In this document: positions 8,250-14,995 of the stretch, piece after piece
How positions within the stretch are numbered: the stretch's first letter is position 1
How the letters are laid out: the number at the start of each line of letters is the position of its first letter
Origin: Selaginella moellendorffii
Lineage: Eukaryota; Plantae; Lycopodiophyta
DNA: 14,995 nt
Direction of reading: 5' to 3'
NCBI RefSeq assembly: GCF_000143415.4
Contig: NW_003314534.1
Span: forward strand, 1 to 14,995
Notes under the pieces: generated by a model
The model's input: only the letters and a program-made list of their open reading frames with translations
Databases searched by the model: none
What the model was told of the DNA's origin: nothing
Translations under genes and position numbers: made by a program

Positions 8250-8900
8250 GGACAAGGCATGGGTTATGGATATGGGTGGGACTTTGGTTGAGCAGCTAAA
8301 TTCTACTCTCTAGTTCGTGGAATGTTACTCTTAAGATAAAACTATACACTGACCGATCAAACCAGTGAGACTGGCTGGGCAATTAAACGTTTTTAACATT
8401 GCAACGGACTTCGCAGGCTCAACTAACAACAGCGGAAGGGCTCCTGGAACCAGGCAGCAGCGGAGGACATCCACATGACTAATGGCGCCTCCCAACTCTA
8501 CATTGTTAACAGCACTACACAATTGGGCACCATAGATGGAACAGGAGTAGTACAAACGATTACATTTTGGTCAGCCAAACTATTCTTTAATAATGTGGTG
8601 TACTGTTTAGATGGCGGGGAATTCCAAGAGTTCTTGACCGCCTCATGTCTGACTAGGATGCATATGCTGCTTACAACACTCCTATCAACAACCAGAACTC
8701 ACTGTGGTCACGACTAAGTCATGCCAGCATGGGTGCCCGACTTTGCCCAACAAGTCCAAGAGCTTTAGAATGCACTGCCCACGACCACTGATACTGAGGT
8801 CAGCTGACTGATTGACATGCTCACACAGCAGCACAGGAGTATTTTCTCAGTTCACTCCCACCACCCCAACTGAATGCTTTCCTAGATTGCAATGGTGGGA
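8250..8900 (+). pseudogene. Degenerate coding remnant of unknown family, copy B (more 5' sequence visible)
   Basis: MTNGASQLYIVNSTTQLGTIDGTGVVQTITFWSAKLFFNNVVYCLD, DAYAAYNTPINNQNSLWSRLSHAS and PAWVPDFAQQVQEL in shifting frames. Lacks 64 bp present in copy A (134-197). The 5' limit is approximate. Confidence 0.3.
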
Positions 8901-9492
8901 CAAATTATAAAACTTTTTAATATCATAAGTTTATTGCATTAAACTAATTAATAAAGTGGCAGCAATAAACATTCTATTTTGCCCATGACAATGATGCAAG
9001 CAATAATCACAATGACTATAACTATGTATGTCTCATGACTATGTGAGCAACTATCCTTTTACACAGTTGTCTGCAAAATTGATAACCTACATAGACGTAC
9101 CTTTGGTCGATATACCCATAGTTTATTTGTATCAGCAATGGACCTACACAATCCATAATAATTCCGTTAAAACTCCACACATAAAAAGTCTCTGGTAGAA
9201 GAACAAAGCAATTTAGTGTCAAGTTTTTAAAACCGTGTAAAACTCGAGTTTCATTCTGACCATCAAAACCAAGGTCGTCATCATCTACACACATAAAAGA
9301 TGAATTTGACAGCTCTAGACAAGCCCGGTAAAAGAAAACTTCTGAGACGACTTGGCAGCAAACAAATCAGATTGTGTTACGCGGACAGCAAGAGTAAAAA
9401 ATGAAATAGAAGGGAAGAAAAGACCGTGTACCTAAAATCGTGCACGATTCACGACGAAGTCATCCAAAGGACCTCGCCTTCCCTCCTCCGGC

Positions 9493-9499
9493 TATAAAA
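9493..9499 (+). promoter_or_regulatory. TATA box of germin-like gene B
   Basis: cTATAAAA, identical to copy A. Confidence 0.7.
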
Positions 9500-9549
9500 T
9501 GCCTGCCCCTCCCTCATATAGCTCCATCAGTCTTTTCCAAGCTCGCAAG

Positions 9550-10215
9550 ATGGCTCATCTTCGTTTTGTTCTATCCTTCCTCCTAGCAATCAGCTCCATC
9601 TTGTTTGTGCATGCCGCGGATGAAGATATGCTGCAGGACTTTTGCGTTGCGGACAATGGCTCCAAGATCAAAGTGAACGGCGTGGTCTGCAAGGCGGCCG
9701 CCGATGTGAAAGCCGAGGACTTCAAGTCGAGCCTGCTGGCGACTCCCGGGAACACCGACAACAAGCTCGGCTCCAACGTCACGCTGGCGAGTGTCAACAA
9801 TTTCCCCGGTCTCAACACCTTTGGTGTAGCTTTTGCCCGCGTCGACTATGCTCCCGGCGGCACCAATCCCCCCCACGTCCATCCCCGAGGATCCGAGCTG
9901 CTCTTCCTCGTGCACGGGAACCTCTTAGTCGGATTCGTCACCACCTTGCCGGACAACAAGCTCTTCGCCCAAATGCTCTATCCTGGAGATCTGTTCGTCT
10001 TCCCTCGGGGACTCGTCCACTTTCAGCTTAACGTTGGAAAGGAGCCTGCGGTTGCGATGGCTGGCTTCAACAGCCAAAACCCCGGGGCGACTCAGGTGGC
10101 CAAGGCGGTGTTTGATTCCAATCCTCCAATCAACGACGACGTGATCGCGAAAGCGTTCCAGATTGACGACCGTGGTCTCATCCAGAAGTTGAGAGAGCTC
10201 ATCGGCATGACTTGA
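9550..10215 (+). CDS. GLP: Germin-like protein (cupin), 221 aa; copy B, protein identical to copy A
   Basis: Same motifs as copy A. Only three differences seen, all synonymous (1221/9651, 1311/9741, 1425/9855). Confidence 0.97.
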   Translation: MAHLRFVLSFLLAISSILFVHAADEDMLQDFCVADNGSKIKVNGVVCKAAADVKAEDFKSSLLATPGNTDNKLGSNVTLASVNNFPGLNTFGVAFARVDYAPGGTNPPHVHPRGSELLFLVHGNLLVGFVTTLPDNKLFAQMLYPGDLFVFPRGLVHFQLNVGKEPAVAMAGFNSQNPGATQVAKAVFDSNPPINDDVIAKAFQIDDRGLIQKLRELIGMT

Positions 10216-10395
10216 AAGTTTCTCCAAAGGTTGCGAGGCTGACTTGACTAAGTTACATATATAAATAAATTATTTTTCCAAAGCTCTTACCTTTCGATAG
10301 TGGAAACTTTCATAAGCACAGCTAGATAGAATAAAAAACAAACACATCGCTTTCCCGCCAATTTCCATTTTAAACACGCTCCTGGAGCGATTTGC

Positions 10396-10710
10396 CAGGA
10401 CATACGTCGATCCAATGCCCGAAATATATCGTAATGCGATCGGCAAGATGCCACCAAAACCCTACAAACCAGAGCATCCGGCACAAACGGCATGGCACGC
10501 AGCAATTCCTCGGCATTCTCCAGTTTCCTGCCACGGCCGAAGATATCGATCATGCAGACCCTGCCTGGCGCGATCATAAAATCCCCTGTCACGAGAAGAA
10601 AGAAATCCTTGTTGCGATTCACGGAGCTGATGTAGGCGCAGGCCGGAGTGTCACCTTTCCCATTGCGCCCTCGCCACAATGAGCAAACGCAGTGATCCCT
10701 TTATGCAGCA
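10396..10710 (-). pseudogene. PLS/E-class PPR remnant, copy B
   Basis: VCMIDIFGRGRKLENAEELLRAMPFVPDALVCRVLVASCRSHYDIFRA matches CMVDLLGRAG.L.EAE.LI..MPF.PD...W..LL..CR.H.D..RA. Truncated, with its own deletions near 10660. Confidence 0.88.
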
Positions 10711-11129
10711 TTGTAATGGGCTAAAGGTGACACTGTAGTGAAGTGAGGTCCATGATCTTTCAAGGGAAAGACCAAAACTACACCTTGCCAACTCACCCGA
10801 GCCCTCTCTAACCCTCAAGCATGTGTTAGAAGGGGCTTTTGGCAAGATGAGAAAGTATCTCCTTTAGCCTACTTTGAGAGGATTTCGAGATTTACCTGGT
10901 ATTTGAGTGTGCTGCATATAATAATCAAGTGGCTGGACATGAGAAGGTTCTGTATGGCTCTATCAGGAGAGGCACAGAGAATGTTCGTTTCATGCTGTGC
11001 ACGAGATCAGATTGTTTGGTGGGATGAAGCAGTGGACTCGATTTCCAGGCTGTTGTGATGTTCAATTAAGATTGTATTATCGAGATTGGAATCACAAGAA
11101 CATGGAAAGAACTGGACGTGTCTCCCAGC

Positions 11130-11460
11130 GTGGTGCGTGTTTCGTCCGGGAATTAATCTTGTGATGTTTGCTCGAGGCGATGTAGAGTAGATTGGTGTTG
11201 GGCCGGGTGTCGTTGAGGAGGCGGCAAAGCCAGATGGCCTCTTTGCATGCGGAACTAGCCTCCGCCTCACAGCTGGAGCAGGCAACGACGCTCTTCTTCT
11301 TGCTGCTAACTGCATTGTGAAGGCTAAACAATTTAGCCAAAGCCAGCCCAGTAAGCTTGACTCGTGGCCTTAAGACCGTAAGAAAACGTATCTCGGAAGG
11401 ACCAAAAGACGCGTTTAAGTGCTTGCCAATGTTGAGGTCCAGGATTGTCAAGGGTTCTTG
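11130..11460 (-). mobile_element. Ty1/copia remnant: RT C-terminus plus RNase H, copy B
   Basis: DNPGPQHWQALKRVF; SKKKSVVACSSCEAE..ACKEAIWLCRLLND; SRTKH. Confidence 0.9.
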
Positions 11461-11494
11461 CACAAAGTGGAATTCGAATGGATTAGCGCACCTT

Positions 11495-11800
11495 CATGGC
11501 GTCCATATCCCCTCTATAACTAGAAAAAAAACACACTCCAACAAGCGAACGAGGCACTTTCCTAGGCTATGGCATTGAACACAAGGCTTACAAGGTCTAC
11601 AATCCTGTCTCCAAGGCGCTGATCATCTCACCAGACGTGCATTCCAATGAGACTCCATCACGTCAAGTGGGACAAAATCTGCCTTTGCCAGTGCTGCCCA
11701 ATGCCCAATCCGAACGACCTGCGAATCTTCAAGACTCACTGCAGCCGCTCCTCTTTGCAGATCTTCTCGCCAGAACAAGGGCAAGCCACCACCACGGCTG
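11495..11800 (+). mobile_element. Ty1/copia remnant: integrase C-terminal SH3-like region, copy B
   Basis: VHIPSITRKK, then TFLGYGIEHKAYKVYNPVSKALIISPDVHSNE. Confidence 0.85.
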
Positions 11801-12147
11801 ATTGCTCGCAGCTGTACAAGACATCCCTGAAAGTCTTGTGGAGACTTTACTTGTTGGAGTGGAACTCCTGGGAATTCCACGCAGCTCTCAAGTCAAGGAA
11901 AAATGAAAAGTTGCCTTTATCATTCCCCTTCACCTTGGTGAGACAAGCGCCTCATGGACGCAAGCTGGGTAAATTGAAGGGAGCGGAGGTGGGGAAGAAT
12001 GGGGAAAGGAGTGGAGGCGGAGGATTTGGAGGAGAATTTGCCCCCAGATGGTGTCCCCAGAGTGACGTGTCAGCCACGTGGCTGTCCGCCCCTTCAATTA
12101 GCCAAATAATGGTGGTATTGAAATGACAAAATCGTTTTAGGAAAATG

Positions 12148-12393
12148 CTATGGTTGGTGGCGGCAGCACCCGGAAGGGCCGGAGGATGGCGTGGGCTGAC
12201 CCTGGGGGAGCATTCTCCGGAAGGTCCTTTCGAAAAGAGTGTGGATCTTGTTAACAACAGGAAGGCGCAATTCGGAATTGAAAAGCTCGGCCTGCTGGCT
12301 CATCGCCGAAAACGAGCCCGGCCTGGAACAATCGATGTTGCTGCTGATCATGATCACCAATGCGATGGCAAGAAGTATCCTTCCACGATCCAT
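12148..12393 (-). CDS. Putative small secreted signalling peptide precursor (IDA/PIP/CTNIP-like C-terminus), 81 aa; copy B
   Basis: MDRGRILLAIALVIMISSNIDCS-RP signal-peptide pattern; C-terminal RRMLPQGQPTPSSGPSGCCRHQP*; TATAAAA at 12491-12497. Confidence 0.7.
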   Translation of the reverse strand: MDRGRILLAIALVIMISSNIDCSRPGSFSAMSQQAELFNSELRLPVVNKIHTLFERTFRRMLPQGQPTPSSGPSGCCRHQP

Positions 12394-12490
12394 TCCAGCC
12401 ACAAAGCACTAAACGTAGTGATGATATCGTTGTATAAGAACCAAGAGCTGTGCTTGCTCCGATACGATTGGATCCAATGGGCCTCCAGTG

Positions 12491-12563
12491 TTTTATATTC
12501 ACACAAAAAGTTCTCCACCGGGCTTGGTAAACAGTCAAGTCCTTTGTGCGTGCCATTTGTCAA
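12491..12563 (-). promoter_or_regulatory. TATA box and W-box elements upstream of peptide gene B
   Basis: Minus-strand TATAAAA at 12491-12497, TTGACT at 12533-12538, TTGACA at ~12558-12563. Confidence 0.5.
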
Positions 12564-12832
12564 AAAGACTCGTTAGTTTCCAAGCCAGAACACTATACGA
12601 GCAGTTTTTCAAAGTCCTGCACAAAAGACAGCTCGCCATTTGAAGTCTATAAGCTCTTGGTACCAAATTACCTGGATTTCAAGGCAGCCTTGGCGCAACT
12701 TTGCGTGGGCCAAGAGCATGACCTGACCACGCAAGTCTACAAATGACGCTAGATTTGCGTGATGCACCCAAGGAGCAACTTAGAAATCTATCACGAGAAA
12801 GAAAATAAAATCTTAAAAGCTTTAAGAACTTT

Positions 12833-14321
12833 CTAAGACAACATCCTTTCTAAGAACGTCCTGTAGACTAGTCTGAAACCCACGCCGCATTCGCACTTTT
12901 CAATGTTGTCCAGCGCGAACTGAGCCGGATAAACGTGGTAGCACGGCTCCATCGTCTCCCTCACCGAGCAAACCACGCTCTTGTTCTGGTCGCACACGAA
13001 CTGCACGGGCCTCACCCCCGCCAGCCCCGCCGCCGAGTAGCCAAACGTGGATGGCGGGCTCGTCACCAGGACATCGCTCATCGACAGCAAGTGGATCTCC
13101 ATCACCGCCTGTGCGTCGTGATCCAAGTTCCCTGTGTTTTGCACCCCCTCCACGCTCGGCTGGTGGATGGACACCGAGGAACCGTCCGCTAGATCGTATC
13201 CCAGCACCTTGCTCTTGAGCGTCTCCGAGTACTGCGAGTTGAGCGACACCACCAGCACCGCCACCTTCTTGCTGTTCTTCCTCACCGACGATCTGGGAGC
13301 TCGCACCGACGATCTGGGAGCTCGCACCGACGATCTGGGAGCTCGCTCCTGGGTGGTGTTTGCGAGCGCGCCTTGTTGCACCAGGCAGTCGAACGTATCC
13401 TCGGCGAGGTTGGGTGGCGAGAACCAGATGTGGTTTCGAGGTATGCGTCGTAGTACCTGGCCGCCTTGTCCCACACGAAGTCACTGGGAAGCAACAGGTA
13501 CCTCACCAGGAGATGGAAGATGGCCTCCTGCTGTGGGAACAATTCCTCGAGTTTGCTCCTGAAAGTCGGGACGTTGTAGAGCGCCGGAGTGAAGTACTGG
13601 CCGGAGGAGAGGACGATCCACCGCGCGCTGGAGTTGAGAGCTTGCTGTTGATCTTGGCAGAAGAAGGCCTTGTCCTGGTCCCTGTAGTTGTAATCGAGAT
13701 AGGCCACCACCACCTCGGGGAAGCTCACGTCGACGCCGCGGCTGCAGTTGGGCGAACCCGCCAGGCTCCCAATCCACTTGGAGGCGTCCCACGGCGCCAA
13801 CTCGAGGTGCTTCCAGCTCGACGGCAGCAGCCAGGAGCTGGATGGAAACGGCTCGCAGAAGAGCGTGTCCAGGTTCTCCAACCTCGCGATCAGCATCGTC
13901 CTGTCGGTGAGCAGCGCGTAGAGAAACGCTGCTACTATAGCCACCATCTTGTTGCCGATCCCCTGGTTGGCGGGAACGTAGACGAGGTAGCCGCATGTAC
14001 TACAGTTCGCGCACTGCTCGGGCCCGGAGCGCACCTCCCGTGCAAAGCCTCGTACTCTATGATTTTCCGTTGGACCGACTCGGATGGCTCGAAGCTCGCT
14101 GATCTTCGGCGGCTGTAGAAGTCGTACTCGTTCCTACTCCTGCAAGTGTCGCTGCCCTTGTAGCTTGTGGTGTTGTTGCTGATGCGGAAGTTTGATCCCA
14201 GAGTTCGGCTCCGGGACATCATTGCGGAGTCGGAATTTATGTCGAGAATCCATACGAGTATCAGTGCCGCAGCGGAGAAGAGGAGCACGAAGAACAGCAA
14301 GCTTGGGCTGTAACTTTTCAT
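12833..14321 (-). pseudogene. FUT: GT37 xyloglucan fucosyltransferase pseudogene, copy B
   Basis: Same GT37 motifs as copy A. Lesions: 1-bp deletion at ~14024; ~37-bp frameshifting deletion at ~13439 removing VAQA.ELLVGVQL; 21-bp triplication; TAC (12863-12865) where copy A has TAA, extending the C-terminus by 10 aa. Confidence 0.93.
13283..13345. repeat. 21-bp perfect tandem repeat x3 within FUT copy B
   Basis: (caccgacgatctgggagctcg)3 encodes (RAPRSSV)3 on the minus strand; copy A has one unit at ~4806-4826. Confidence 0.97.
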
Positions 14322-14609
14322 CCTCCGATCCTGGAAAGTTTTTCTTCGTCGCCTACCGAACTGCAAAGCCTCAATGCAAAAAATTCCTCTTATTTGGTAA
14401 TGGTGATTACCAACCTGGAGATCAGAAAGAATTAAGATTTGAGCAACTAAGAAACAATTCCGTGGCTCACCATGTGGACGGGACACGCGACCAAATACTC
14501 GAGACAAAGAAGGAAGTCACAGCTCCAGCCAATTGGCTTGTCGCCACCTTCCTCACCATCTTTCTGGTGGAGTCTCACGGTACTGGACGAAAGTGGTATC
14601 CAAGGATCC

Positions 14610-14995
14610 TCCACATGAGCTCGCCTGGAGCTGTCCTTCAAGCTGTTCTCTGTGAGCTCTTTGTTGCTATTCGACCGTAACAGGGTTTCCACCACTTAGT
14701 CCTTCAGAACCATCCCCTTCAACTGGTTCTCTGAGAGATCCAAGCAAACTCAAAGAGTCTGCCCAAGCTGAGAGACATGATAGGGCCCACACGAGCTCCT
14801 CCGAAACGTTGTTCGAGCACTTCTAAGCCCGCACACCCATTTGGATGGCTGAGAGATGTAGAACCGAGAATGACATTCCGGGAGTTTGCTGCTGGACGGG
14901 GGAGTGAGACTGTTGAAGAGCTCCTGGAGAGCCACGCAGTCGCGAAGATCCCATCGCGCCAAAGGCCTAGCAGCTCCATGTACCCCCGAGAAGAC
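14610..14995 (-). pseudogene. Degenerate LRR gene remnant, copy B (cut by window end)
   Basis: DCVALQEL-FNSLT, GCAGLEVL, DLSENQLKGMV and ELTENSLK in shifting frames. Confidence 0.72.

Larger units (their letters stand above)
8479..14995 (+). repeat. Tandem duplication, copy B (right end cut by window edge)
   Basis: Same order and orientation of all elements as 1-6516, offset 8430-8480. Confidence 0.97.

Noticed and set aside
13283-13345. Possible CRISPR-like array
   Set aside because: Contiguous units with no spacers, inside a plant gene.
1-14995. The long direct repeats as LTRs of a single retroelement
   Set aside because: The repeats exceed 6.5 kb, contain host genes and flank a spliced PP2C rather than gag-pol; no TG..CA ends, PBS or PPT were seen.

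Overview
Eukaryotic land-plant nuclear DNA. The 44-60 bp introns, dense packing and style of the PPR remnants suggest a compact lycophyte (Selaginella-type) genome; this is inference. The window sits inside a direct tandem duplication with a period of ~8.43-8.48 kb: 1-6516 recurs at 8479-14995. Each copy carries, in order: a decayed spliced gene of unknown family (+), an intact intronless germin-like protein (+, identical protein in both copies), a PLS/E-class PPR remnant (-), two oppositely oriented Ty1/copia fragments, an 80/81-aa secreted peptide precursor (-), a frame-disrupted GT37 xyloglucan fucosyltransferase (-) and a degenerate plant LRR gene (-). A PTC7-type PP2C pseudogene (-) lies in the part seen only once (6517-8478). 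The most interesting element is the small peptide gene. It has a signal peptide, a TATA box, W-boxes and a C-terminal RRML(T/P)QGQPTP(AP/SS)GPSGCC..H motif resembling IDA/PIP/CTNIP-type signalling peptides. Its two copies differ at 15 of 77 aligned residues, while the neighbouring germin copies differ at none.
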